Positions 25,603 through 38,204 of a stretch of 64,000 bases of DNA are shown one piece after another. The notes under the pieces are model-generated. The model ran no database searches. It saw only the letters and a list, made by a program, of their open reading frames with translations, and was not told the DNA's origin. Both the position numbers and the translations under genes were made by a program. The DNA is from Marsupella aquatica (Eukaryota; Plantae; Marchantiophyta), in NCBI GenBank assembly GCA_973895155.1, contig OZ316898.1, forward strand, positions 19,851,292 through 19,915,291, read 5' to 3'. Numbering within the stretch: position 1 is the stretch's first letter; each line of letters opens with the position of its first letter.

Positions 25603-28600
25603 ACGAGCTCAATACCCGTGCGTTGCACAAAAGAAGTTGTGTCGACCAAGATGTTGTTGAGAAAAAAAAGATGTCGTGTAAACCAAGAGGTCGTGGAGAG
25701 AAAAATGACGTGTCGGCCAAGAGGTGATTGAGAGAAAAAAAGTCGTTGAGAAAAAAAAGATGTCATGTTAGCCAAGAGGTCGTTGAAAAAAAAGTTGTCA
25801 TGTTGGCCAAGATGTCGTTGAAAAAAAATGTCGTGTCGGCAAAGATATCATTGAGAGAAAAATAGAATTATTTATATATGAATAGATTTATATAAAATTT
25901 GATTAATTTTTTCATTGTGACAGGTATGGGAAGGTTAAAGGGTAGTTTGGGCATTTTTAAAAGGGGTGTATGGATAGGTCGAACAGTGTGGAAAAAATTA
26001 AGTTTTGTTAAACATTCAAGATTGATTGTCACTTTTTTTAGTTTGTAAAGGGACCGGATCAGGATTATAGTGGTACATGGTAAAAGGAGGTCTCCATGAT
26101 ACGTCTCCATGATACTCTTGCATTGCTAGAGACCCTCCTTATTTTCTTATTAAATTCATTTTGTGCTTGGAAACATTGCTCTCCATTTTCATTCCCAAAA
26201 GAAATCATTTTTTCATGTTTTTCATTTTTGGGATATTGCAAATTTGAATGACTATTAGCATTATTATATTTTGCACTATTGTAATACTTGCAATAATATA
26301 TAATATTATATATTATGTACTTTTGTATTTCATGTGTATACCTCCTTCATACTCATGCATGTACATTCACTCTCTTGTTTTGTGTGCCCCGTTGGTTCTA
26401 GCATTGGCTCCCTACTTTTGTGTCTCCCATTTGATTCCCGGTTTGTTTGGAATGTATTTATTATTTTTTGTTGCACACTAAATTTAATACAACCTTTATT
26501 CCTTCTCTTTGACATGATTAATATTTTTTGGACACTCTAAATTTGAATGACGACCACTTCATAAAAAGGCGCAACCTTGTATTATAGTTTAGGATGTTTT
26601 TTCTTGAAATTGCTATATTTATTGCAGTCGTGAGGTGGGTTGTTGGCTTTTAGGGGAGACATAGTGATCTGCTCATCACACATGGCGAGGAGAAGTGGAA
26701 CCAACGCAACATGGTTATATTGTTATTGTGTTTACAGCAGTATGAGTTGCCCTAACATTTAGGGCCAACTCACATGTAGTTGGCCCTAAGGAATACTGCC
26801 CTTAGAATGGAGGCAGTTCAGGATTCTGCTTGATTTTGGTAACAACTAAATAAATTCACCGAAGGCCTTTTGCTCAACATCTGTAATATGTGTTTTTGTT
26901 TTATTTACCACTCTAGGGTTGGGACCTGCAAGGGCTGGAACGTTTCCGGCCTTTGCCCTTGGGTCCCCATAAGACCTGCCGTGAGGCCTGCATACAGAGG
27001 GGCTTATGGCATGGGAGAATCACGAATTAAGAGAATGACACGTCTCAATTTAAGGCTCACATTCAGTAGTGCAGACTACATGCGAGTTGGCTCTTAGTTT
27101 ATGATGAGTGATGGTGAGGTTCTTCCCACAGTTGAGAACATAGTCCAATTATGGTAAGAGCATTGGCTTGGGTGGAAGAGATCCTGGCCACTAAGTGTGC
27201 ATAATGACAAAGTAAACGGAAATGACTAAATTTAAAGACCAAGGGTGACGTAAACAGTGAAAACAGATTTTCCAAAACAATTTAAAGGGGTTCCCCCCAA
27301 TTTTAAATCGCCAGATTAGTCAGGTAAAGCTCTCATTTATATTGTAGGACATTGTAGAGATGGAGGGTTGGAGAGTAGGCTTGGTAGATGAAGTCATAAA
27401 TGATCACACAAATAACCAAGTGCCATTTTGTACGCGTAATTCCAATTCCCCAACTCTCCAGCGAGGGAAAACTAATAAAGCATGTGTGAGGTTCAGCTCT
27501 CATCTAGTCGTCTACATTGTAGAACATGGTAGACATGGAGAGTTGGCTCGGTAGATGGAGTCATAAATGAACACATAAATCACCAGGTGTTATACTTTGT
27601 GACAGAGTTTTTCAGGTCCCTCCCAAAACTATTCACTTTTAAAATTCTGGGTCCCTGGGCTGTTGTCATAGTTTAGCCTCCCAACTTGAAAACTGGAAAA
27701 ACGGCTTCCATCATGAATATCTTGGGAATATTACACGCATATACATTTCTTCTATGCATATTAATGTTAGCAGAATTTCTTAGTGCATAGTATTTGATCT
27801 GGATTAAAGAACTTCATTAAAACTGGATTTCTTTTATCATTGGTGTACATTGGACCACTTTAATATATTCTTCTAGAATTTTTTTATCATTGGTGTACAT
27901 TGGACCAATTAAATATATTCTTCTAAATTTTTTTTATCATTGGTGTACATTGGTCCAGGACCACTTAAATATATTCTTCTAGGAGTGATAATTGTACATT
28001 CGGAGGATAAAATTGGAAATTTGGGCACCATATTGTGAACATTATCTTACAATTAACTTCTATAATACAAGGTTGAGATTTTTTATGCCATGATCATCAT
28101 TCAAAAATACAGTGCCAAGAAAAGAAGTAATCAATAAAGAGAAGGGTTAAAACCCAAAGCAAATTAAATATAGAGTGAACCAAAAAGTAGAGGAAATCGT
28201 TTCACACAATCAATTGGTGGACACGCAAAACGAAAAATGTAACTAACCCTGTTGCATGCACTTTTCACACAAAACAGAATCTAATGGTGGAAACAAAAGA
28301 CAAAAAAGATACCTAACCGTGTTGAATGCAAGAGTATCATAAGTCACTATATACCATATCCTCTAAAAATGGATATAGTATTATTTAGAACTCAAGAAAA
28401 AATGGGAACAATATTAGGTCTTAAATACAAATTTGTTTTTCTGCAAGGATCCATCCATATCTCTATTAATTTCAATTACCTTTGCCCAAGCTGCCCATAG
28501 CCTACCCAAACCCAACCAAGAAAAAAAATTAATTGAAAATTAATTATTGAAGACTTAAATAATTGGATAATAACTTTAAATTTTTGAAAATTCTTGGGTA

Positions 28601-29880
28601 TAAATAATATATATCATATTAATTTCTCTAAAAATTTCAAAGAAAACATATTTTTCTGTCACTTGGTTGTGCTTGGACTCTATGTTGTGGCGACTATTAT
28701 CTCAGTCTCCAATTTCTATGTGCAGTGCACGAGTTGTTGCACACCACCACAACAACTCTACCTTGCCTTGACATATTTTTCTCACGACAATTTTTTCTCA
28801 CCCTCCACATCGTTTAGGTCCTTGATTTTGTTTCTCTCTTCGATATGTTTTCTCACCTGACTCGACATCTTTTCTCACCACAACATCTTTTTCTCACCCT
28901 CGACATATTTTCTCTCCTCAACGTCTTTTTCTCACGGCCTCGCCATGTTTTTCTCTCCTTGACATATTTTCTTCACCTTGACTTCTTTGTCTCACCTCAA
29001 CATCTCTTTTTCTCATTGACATTTGTTTTCACCTCGACATCTGACCTGTTTCTCACCTTCACATTTTTATCTCACCAGAACATCTTTCCCTCACCCTTGA
29101 CATCTTTTCCTCATCTTCACATATTTTTCTCATATGGCCATCTTTTCTCTCCTTGACATAGTTTTTTCTCTATTTCTTTTTCTTAGCTCAACATCTTTTT
29201 TTCTCATCAACATCTTTGTTCACCTCAACATTTTTTTTCTCACCTCAACATTTCTCTCTTTGACATCTTTTTCTCACTTCAACTTCTTTTTCTCACCTCA
29301 ACATCTATTTTCACTTAGACATCTTTTTCTCCCCACACCATCTTTTGTGCAACATTTGTCTTTAACGTCTTTGTTACTTAACGACAACTTTTCTCTTAAT
29401 GACATCTTGGGCAACATGGCATTTCTTTTCGTCAGGACATATTGGGTGCCACAACATCTTATTTCTTAACAATATCTTGGTTGACACGATATCTTTTGTC
29501 TTAAGGACATCTTGGGTGACATAATATCATTTTTCTTTAGTACATCTTGGGTGTCACAACATCTTTTTTCTTCACAACATCTTGGGTGACACAATATTGT
29601 TTTTCTTTATTAATGACACATTGGGCGACACAACATTTTTTTGTCATGACATCTTCAGCTGGGCGACAAGACATTTTCTTTCTTAACGACATCTTGGGCG
29701 ACACCACATTTTTTTCTTAACGGCATCTTGGGCGACACAAGATATTTTTTCTTAACGACATCTTGGGCGACACAACATCTTTTTGTCTTAAGTACATCTT
29801 AGAGGACACGACATCTTTTTCCTTAACGACATCTTGGGCGACACGACATCTTTTGTGCAACGCACGGGTATTGAGCTAGT
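25603..29880. mobile_element. Non-coding element bounded by inverted Helitron-like 3' ends, with inverted subterminal minisatellites
   Basis: Perfect 29-bp inverted repeat 25606-25634 / 29849-29877. The right end reads gtgcaacgcacggg-tattgag-CTAG-T (hairpin + CTAG, typical of plant Helitron 3' ends); the left reads CTCG-T on the - strand. ~35-bp gacatcttgggcgacac arrays at 29390-29850 are inverted relative to 25640-25860. No RepHel ORF. Confidence 0.6.
27826..27981 (+). repeat. ~50-bp tandem repeat x3
   Basis: ttttatcattggtgtacattggaccac..aatatattcttcta repeated three times. Confidence 0.85.
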
Positions 29881-31657
29881 CTATATATTAAGAGGATGGG
29901 TTGGGACATTTACACACGACAGCCCAAACCTATTCATGTCATCAACAACCAGACTCACCTCACCACTGAAGTAACTCTGCATTGAACCACTTCTCGGGAA
30001 CCACTTCAAGTAACTATTAAATAATACAAACTAAGCAAACTAATCATGGTTCAAAATAGCCACCAAATAGCAAAAATTTCATGCTGGGCTAATTTAAGTA
30101 GCAGATCCCTGCTCAGCTGATTAGCACACCATATGGTGACTGTACGGTGTTTTGGAATCTACATAGTAAGGGGTTCGGTTGAGACATATATAAACGACAC
30201 CCCAACCAGATCCATGTCATCAGAAAAATAACTCACGTCACCAGTTATGTAACTATGCATTGAACCAGTTCCCCAAACACTCTCAGAAGCCAGTTGACTT
30301 CCCCAAACAAAGAAAAACACTCTCAGAAACACAAGACAAGTTCATCCAAAAGCCAAGAATTATTAATCAAGACATAGGGGCTGAATGAAACTCTTGGTAT
30401 GTAACAAATGTGGTGAATGTTTTTACAAAGAGAGGTTTTGGTCAATACTACTCCAATGTTTATACAACTGTCACTTGATCTTCACTACTTCAAAAATGGT
30501 AACCACTTTTGTAAACTTCATACGAGCAAAGCTCAATAAAACAGCTTCTTTCCCAATTGAAAGGCAGAGTGTTTCAGTGTTCCTAAGCCTCCCCTTATAT
30601 ACTGTTGGAAAATTATCTATTGTAAGTGTGAATACTAACAAGCCCGATTTCTGTACCTTGCACAATTGTGGTTGCAAAAGTGTTTCCATTGTGCAAGCTC
30701 ATGATGTCAAATTGGAAGTTTTTGTTGTGTTTTGATGCAGTATATTGTCACCATGAAAAATGGGTCAAGGTGGAAGATGGTCGAACCCATCCCCTTCTTA
30801 CATAGATCTAAGAGTTTAAGTATTTCCATCTCATTTATGTTGTTAATACAAAAAATCACCCAAGCAAACAACCTACATGCAGAAAGGATCAAAGAGAAAG
30901 CATGAGTTCTGCATCCAATGGCCAGTAGGAGGAGGCAAATGATGCATGGATAGGGCAGAAAATAGAAGAAAAAAGGGTGAAAGAGCTGCTTGGATGGGGG
31001 TTGGGGGAGGGGGGGGGGGGGGGAAGGGGGTACAAAAAATTTGCGCCAAGGTCAACATGCCTAGAAGGTTGTGAGAAAAGAGTGCTGATATGAGTTGCAC
31101 AGGTGGGGAGGAGAGGGGTTAGGGTGGGGTTAGGGTTTCATAGTTGGGGTTACAAAATTAGGATTGCAGGGGTTTGAGGAAAGGACAAAGATCACAGTAT
31201 TCATTAAAACTGGAAATTTAAAAGTCCAGATTGTGATCCTCAAATTTACATTCTTGTCTCTAAAAAGTCCATTAATTTTGCTCCAAATAAACAATTTTTC
31301 AAGACTAAATATACACTCTTTTTGGTTTAAAATTACACTTTTGCACTCCAAATTTGATTTTAATCAATTAATCATAATACAGAAATTATTAATATTAATT
31401 GTATTTGAAATTAAATAGATAAGTGACAAACATGTATCATTTGGTCAAAAACTCATGATTAAATTCAAAGTGAGATTAATCATCTCATTTATCATAACAT
31501 ATATTCAAGGTTGGCTAGCCATTATGTCGATCCTACTCCAATGGTCAAGCTAGTGTAAAGTCCAAAGTAGTTCTATGACCTGTGAAATAGAAAAATGATT
31601 GCATGACTCCAATCTTGTGTCCTACAATGTACAGAAACATAATTAATCATCTAAAAT

Positions 31658-32715
31658 TTAAAATTCTATGCCTCCATGAATATGTCTACATGACTGATTT
31701 GAACAAGTGAGTCGCTCTCCATTTGGGTCATATAGTCTGTCACGAGTACAAGTGTCTTTGGGATAACGGTTTTTAAACTTAGAGGTGAGATCCCTAGTCT
31801 TTAGAACTTCCCAGACAAATCGGCGAGGATTTTCTCTGAAGGGACCTGCATAAGACTCGCCCAAACAGTTGTTGACCACATCTTTCATATCATCTTCGGT
31901 CAGGTTCTCAAATGTAGGGTAGGATTGTACCATATCCCTCACTTCCCAACATATCTCATCTCCAGTGACATCCAAGATGGTATACTCAATCTTGGAACGC
32001 CAAATCTTACTTCCCCACTTATGGGAAAGTAAATCATAGATTGCAGCATTACTTTCACGGTCATCATTTATATTAACAAATGACCAAAGTGGATTGTTGA
32101 CAGATATATATTGTCGGATGTCATAAGCCTTCCACAATTTTCTAAGGAATGGCCAAAGTATCTCTGGTAGAAAAGTGTCACTCTCGGCAATGTGTGAGAA
32201 GGGAGTTGGGAACAAACCACTATACTGTGGATTTGCAAAAGCCTTCACTAGAGAGTCATCAATAAGTAGAGTGTTTGTATCATCATACTTGTCTCCAAAA
32301 CGACTCCACACCACACGCAAATCCTTCAACATAATATTTGCTTTCCCATCTGCTACGTCCGGTCTTTTTATGCCAGTATCAAAAGCATCTTCTTGTGTGA
32401 AAACAAATTTAAATTGCCTTCGCTCCTCTTCTTTGAAAATCAAATTCATCATTTCATTAGTTCTTGGCCTCCCCGCACAAGTCCACAATGCGACATCAAA
32501 ACCTTTGAAAGCCACCTCCAAAAATTGGTGCAACCCTGGCCTTTCCACGTACATGAAATTGAATCCACCCCGTCTCCCCCAATGCACACCCCGCACAGTT
32601 GTTGTAGATCTTAACGGTCCCGAGCTTTTTGTTTTGACGCAATCCCAACAAATTTTGTTCAGGTCCAAAATCAAGAGTTTTCTTCTTATATCAGAGTGCA
32701 ATTTAGGAGTGAAAT
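31658..32715 (-). CDS. FCP1/SCP (NIF, CTD-phosphatase-like) HAD domain exon of the cargo gene
   Basis: KLLILDLNK, VERPGLHQFLEVAFKGFDVALWTCA, KDLRVVW, NTLLIDDSLVKAFANP; intact ORF. Confidence 0.85.
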
Positions 32716-35700
32716 CTGCAAAGATCCAAATGAATCAAAATTATATCTAAAAGATATAAAAGAAGAACTTAGGGTCGAACCTGGATCGACCCGACCTAAT
32801 GGGGAAAACAAACATATCATTTTTGAATGTCAAAGCATTTTGATATATCAATGTAGAAGTACCTTGCTCAAATGCTTTGTCTTGGACCAGGGTACCGCTT
32901 GCTGAAGGTAGACCAATAATATCCTTCGATGGAAGAGATGCTATGACAAAACTTTGGTCTGTCCATATATGATTTCCAAACATAATATTTTAGATTATTG
33001 TGAAAAATAGAATAACGAAACCATAATATTAACCTCCACTACTAAATGACCCATATTCATCTATCATTTTATCACCTAGATCACTTTGGATATCAGAATT
33101 GACGCCAATAGGAAGCTGCTCCACCAACGTTGGCGGCGCAAACACTGGACTCAATCTCAATTTGTCTATTATGTAATCAGGTTTGACCATTAACTTAGGC
33201 GCATCCTCCAACGTTTCTTTCAATCAAACTTTAGGTCCATTTCTCCAAATGAAATGAGTTGCATGACGGACTGTCTTCATATATCCTGTTCTACCTATCT
33301 CAGATCCAGACTTTTGAGACAAGCGTAATATTATGGGGCTTCCGCTTGACATCCTTGTGAAGACCAATTTATTCCCTGACGAACAAAATTGAGGAGACTC
33401 GGAACAAGTTGAAGCACCTGTGTCTTCAGCTTCAACATTTGTTGTCTCTCCAAGTGAAAGGTTGTCTTCAATCGCTTCTGCAATACCAACTTGTAGGTCC
33501 GTGGTGGGTGTAGTGGCCCCAATATTCTGCCAACCTGCATCCAATGTGCACGATACCTGCGGTCTCTCAGGATGCAATTTTGATACTTCAGGGTTGAGAG
33601 GATTTGAGGGAGGGTCGCTCTCAGGGCGACCCGACATCACTATGTCGAGTTGAGGTAGCCCTTCAACACCGTAGGTAGTAATGCCAACCATTTCTGTTGC
33701 TCGAGCATCCCAATTTCCGCCAAAATCCTCCTCTACCATAGGACTTGAACCTCCATCATCATGCTGCAACTCACCATCCTCAAGGTCAACTCGCTGAGGG
33801 CCCGGTTGGGGGTTGTCCATAGGCCCGCAAAGAACACTTAGATGAGCTCTCCTAGGACCATGTACTCCCATCCGCTCTTTCATAAGGGAGGGAATCCTAT
33901 TGCACAAAACCCTTGCATATGCTTGGGTGAAATGGTGTTCTTGCAAAGTGTCTGAATAGACAAAACAATCTCGGTATGCCAACAAGGCCACCTTCAAAAC
34001 CTGCCCTCCTGAAAAAAATCGAGGACAGTCTCCCCCTCACCGGAAAAACATTCAATAATATTTTTGAGCATGTGTCGGGGCTTGGCATGCGGATTGACAA
34101 ATCCTCCTCGACTTTCGACCATCTCAAACATTGGAGCTTGCCGCAATAAATCTGCCATATCAAATGCGGGAGACTGCTCCTCTGTCTCATTCTCTTTTCC
34201 CTTGCTTTTCTCTTGCTTGTCAGCCTTCACTTCAATATTGAAATCACAGTCAACATCGGGGTGAAAACTAAATTTTGAATTGAACTCTGGCTTAAACAAT
34301 TGATTCCAATCAAAATTGTCTTCACCTGTAATTCCAGCAAAAATGACCTGCTCAATCGCTCCTGTAAAAATTAAGCCCTGCGGATTTGGGCGATTTTCCC
34401 GATCATAACTCCCGTATTCAACATGGATGGCCAAATGCTTTTCATGTCCTAATTTCCTTAGGGCACTTAAGATGTTGGCTGGAAGTGGCCCTGGATGAGT
34501 AGTCATGACAACTACAATGGTTGTATTCCTTGGCAACTCCACAATATATTGGAGCAATACAAAAATTTCCGAATCTGTCCATTCATGTTGTCGTGCCCTA
34601 CTAAAATCAACAATTGCAAGTGGACACATTGGCGTCGCCTCTTCCAATAACTCTGGCGTGGTTGTCTTCATTAGATTCTCACTAAAGAACGTCAAGAAAG
34701 GCTCTATTCGTGTGCGCCCAACTCCACCAAATTGTTTGCAGTACAACCCGTCTAATCTCACCATTAGACTTTGAGGGAAAGCCTCCTTCACAATGTTCTT
34801 CCTTAATAAACTGCTAAGGTAGACCTCCCCAGCTGCTCTTCGCAATTTTGTCAGCTCAAGTTGAGATCCCAAGGCCGGCATGATGTTGACCACCGAAGCC
34901 CACGATGTCCCCCCGGGAAACTTCTCCTTGTGCTTCTCAACAAAGTACTCAACAATGACTTGCTTCAATTTAGTCATTACCTTGATGGTATGAGCCATAT
35001 CTGGCATTGACACCAGATCCATCTTGTTGGAGGCATCTTTCTTGAGAAGTGCTTTCTTCTCATAAACCGCGGTCAATATATCAATGATATCCTTAGAACT
35101 GATCTCCCCTTCAAAACATCTAAAAAGAGTTGGCGTGACCAGCTTTAGTGGCCGCGGCCCACCATACTCTCCTGCCCCGCCAGGGAGCTTCCCTGCCAAC
35201 CAATCCCAACAAACAGTTTGCCATAAATGGAAAAGCTTATCCTCAGCAAAGAGCAACCAAAAAATGGCTTTCAAGCTCGACCTTCCCATTGTTATCTTTG
35301 CGAGGGCAAACCAATCCTGCATTTACATTCATCCACCAAAAAACATGTTAGATGTTTAAACTTAGAAACTTCAACTTCTCTGCCTTGCCCCTAGAGTGAG
35401 GCGAAGAAAATGACAAAGCCATATGAAAATGGTTGGGGCAATCATTGTATTCATCATTCAATTTCATTTGGGTCGCTCTAAGAGCGAGGCAAAATTAAAC
35501 TACAGTTCCAACTAATGAAAATGTTTACCTGGTATTTCTGGTTGTCTGTACTTTGGTTTGTTCCAATTCCTGGACGCGGTGGTTTCCCACATTCATCAAA
35601 TTGCCTTCTCGCATGAACAACTGTCTCTAGAAAACAAGACTTAAACTGCATGGTCTGATTTACTGCATTTGAAAGGCTCGAGTGCTCGACCAAAATTGCC

Positions 35701-37134
35701 CTTGGAGTGAGGTCTGATAAGATCCTCGCTTTCCGATATTGGAGTTTGCTAGCAAGATCAGTTAGCTTGGCATCCTTGTCTGCCCACCCTTGAATCCATT
35801 GTGCAGCCTTTGCGGAATGTTGCCCACTGATTGCAAGAAATTGTATCTCTTGCTTCTTAACACCAAACAAAAATTGCTTCCGATCGCGTGCGGTATTGTC
35901 AAAATGTAACAACTGCTTAGTGCGCTCTAGAAATGGAATCAAATCTGCAACATGTGGTTCCTGGCCAGGGTTTTTCATCATTGATTTTGCTATCTCTAAG
36001 GCATGAGCCTGGTTGAACATCCGATACACAAAAACTGCAGTAGGCGGAAGAATACTTTTAACCGGGATTTCAAAAACCTCCCTGATTCCAAAAGTGTAGT
36101 ATTGCTCGATGTTCCGCAAAGCTTTCTGCCCCTCCAATACATCTCGTTCCTCTGGTGCATCTGTTGGGCATGTATCATCCTCCGGATCCAAGACCAACCT
36201 TGCTTTTGACGCTGACACGGGCTTTGATTTTCCAATCTTGGCCTTCTTCTTGGGCTTCTTGTCGGAGTCCTTATCTTTCTTCTTCAACGCCGCCTTTTTT
36301 CCTCTAGTACTTCCTTCACTCCTTGGCTCTCTTTGTTTTCTCTTCTTCTGTGTTTCAGCCGACGTCATTTCTTTGGCCTTCATCTTCATCTTCCCCTTAC
36401 CTCGATGCTTTTCTTCCTTCTTCTTTTGAGTTGAAATCCACTTGTCAAACTCATCAGAGAAAATAAAACTCTTATCAATTGCTTGCTCATATGAAAAGCG
36501 TGCTGTTTCAATCATCCTCTGGACAACCCATGTGTTAGGAAGATCTATAAGGTCCGGATGATCATGCATGTACCGCTTCACAGAGAGGAATCCAAAGACA
36601 ACATCAACCCCACTCAATTTGAATCTTCCATGCCTCTCAAGAACATCCTCTGCAGTGAACCCATCTGGAAGAAATCCCATTGAACAAATACTAGCCTCCG
36701 AGCGTGCTATCCACTCCACATTGATAATTGACGAGTACATCTTGATTGGCAAGTAAAGTCTCATCCACTGAGATCTTTCTCTGGATTCAATAATGATTGT
36801 AACATTGCGGTTATCACTGCAATTTACAAGGACCATAGGGCCCAACGCAACTATCTTCTTGTCGTTCATTGTCTCAGTAGTGATTGCCTTGATACAAATC
36901 ATCGACAAGTCATTCTCCATGATCCCTACTTCAAGTGCCCACGAAAATCCTGCCTTATCTTGTCCAGGGAAGATAAAGTCCTTGACATCCTCGGCCATAA
37001 TATTTAACTCTGGGGATCCAAGTTGTTCTCCTGGAAAAACAAATTGAAACAACAAACATTAAAGCAAGAGATCTTCTGTGTTGCCTCGCCCCTAGAGCGA
37101 GCTGGAGACAAGGTCTGCATCAACAAACATGTGG

Positions 37135-37612
37135 GTTGGGTCGCTCCTGGAGCGACCCTAGGAAAACTTAAATCAAGGTCCAACCAACAACAAAGTTGGA
37201 TCGCTCCTGGAGCGACCCTAGGAAAACTTAAATCAAGGTCCAACCGACAACAAAGTTGGGTCGCTCCTGGAGCGACCCTAGGAAAACTTAAATCAAGGTC
37301 CAACCAACAACAAATTTGGGTCGCTCCTGGAGCAACCCTAGGAAAACTTAAATCAAGGTCCAACCAACAACAAAGTTGGGTCGCTCCTGGAGCGACCCTT
37401 GGAAAACTTAAATCAAGGTCCAACCAACAACAAATTTGGGTCGCTCCTGGAGCGACCCTAGGAAAACTTAAATCAAGGTCCAACCAACAACAAAGTTGGG
37501 TCGCTCCTGGAGCGACCCTAGGAAAACTTAAATCAACGTCCAACCAACAACAAAGTTGGGTCGCTCCTGGAGCGACCCTAGGAAAACTTAAATCAACGTC
37601 CAACCAATAACA
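37135..37612 (+). repeat. 60-bp tandem array x8 in cargo intron 1; each unit carries the palindrome GGGTCGCTCC-T-GGAGCGACCC
   Basis: Eight near-identical consecutive 60-nt units; no variable spacers. Confidence 0.97.
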
Positions 37613-38149
37613 ACGACAAATCTTAGGCAAGATAGGGTCGCTCTAAGAGCGACCCTTCAAAGACTAACTTGCATCAATTGTTGAATCATACTTACGTGGA
37701 ACTGTGATATGAAATCCCCTTGAGGCGGCCAAAGCGGATTCCACCAACATCTTTAGTAAAGTGTCTTGAGAATCATACTCAAAGATTTTACTAGAATCAA
37801 AGTTCAGGGACTGCCCAGAACTAGAAGTGCTAGTAGAATCATCAGAACTAGAGGAAGTGGCCATTGAAAAATGTCTCACAAACGTTTAGATGACACGTGG
37901 CAGCCTAGTATACAAGAACGCCTAGAGCTAGACCACACCACGGAGCGAGGCTACAGAGCAAGGAAAAAAATCTACTATGAGCAAGGCAAAATCAACAGAG
38001 CGAGGCAAGAAAATCTACTATGAGCGAGGCAAGAGGGAGGAGGGAAACCAGGGCAGCTGGGCAAGAAGACAATGAAGGAGGAGATGGATGCAAGAAGACA
38101 ATGAGGCAAATGAGGCAATGTCTTTGCCTTTTGCCTTCCTATACCCTCA

Positions 38150-38204
38150 CTGCCACGGCCGATCGTACGCCACGGCCGATCGTACGCCACGGCCAATCGT
38201 ACGC
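38150..38204 (+). repeat. 17-bp CpG-rich tandem repeat x3 in the divergent intergenic region
   Basis: gccacggccgatcgtac x3 (one variant). Confidence 0.85.

Larger units (their letters stand above)
31658..37864 (-). pseudogene. Transposon cargo gene, 5 exons (37864-37669, 37030-35529, 35316-33034, 32940-32863, 32715-31658), ~1,705 aa: ParB/Srx-like + amino-MTase-like + FCP1/NIF HAD phosphatase + CCCH-like finger; one frameshift and one stop
   Basis: All four GT-AG introns preserve frame (phases 1,0,1,1). Motifs: EIPVKSI...R...FLAISGQHSAKA; NPHAKPRHMLKNIIECFSGEGETVLDFF/SGG; LILDLNK...RPGLHQFL...WT...KDL...LLIDDS. A 1-nt loss in the T7 run at 34012-34018; in-frame TGA at 33226-33224. Confidence 0.75.

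Noticed and set aside
28594-29469. Phe/Ser/Leu-rich ORFs
   Set aside because: Translations of a degenerate pyrimidine-rich minisatellite.
32175-36756. Plus-strand ORFs opposite the cargo gene
   Set aside because: Antisense shadows of the real minus-strand coding frames.
37135-37612. 60-bp palindromic array as a CRISPR array
   Set aside because: The sequences between palindromes are near-identical rather than unique spacers, there are no cas genes, and the array sits in a eukaryotic intron.
37004-37630. Repetitive ORFs on both strands (208 aa and 195 aa)
   Set aside because: They arise from a stop-free 60-bp repeat inside a frame-consistent intron.
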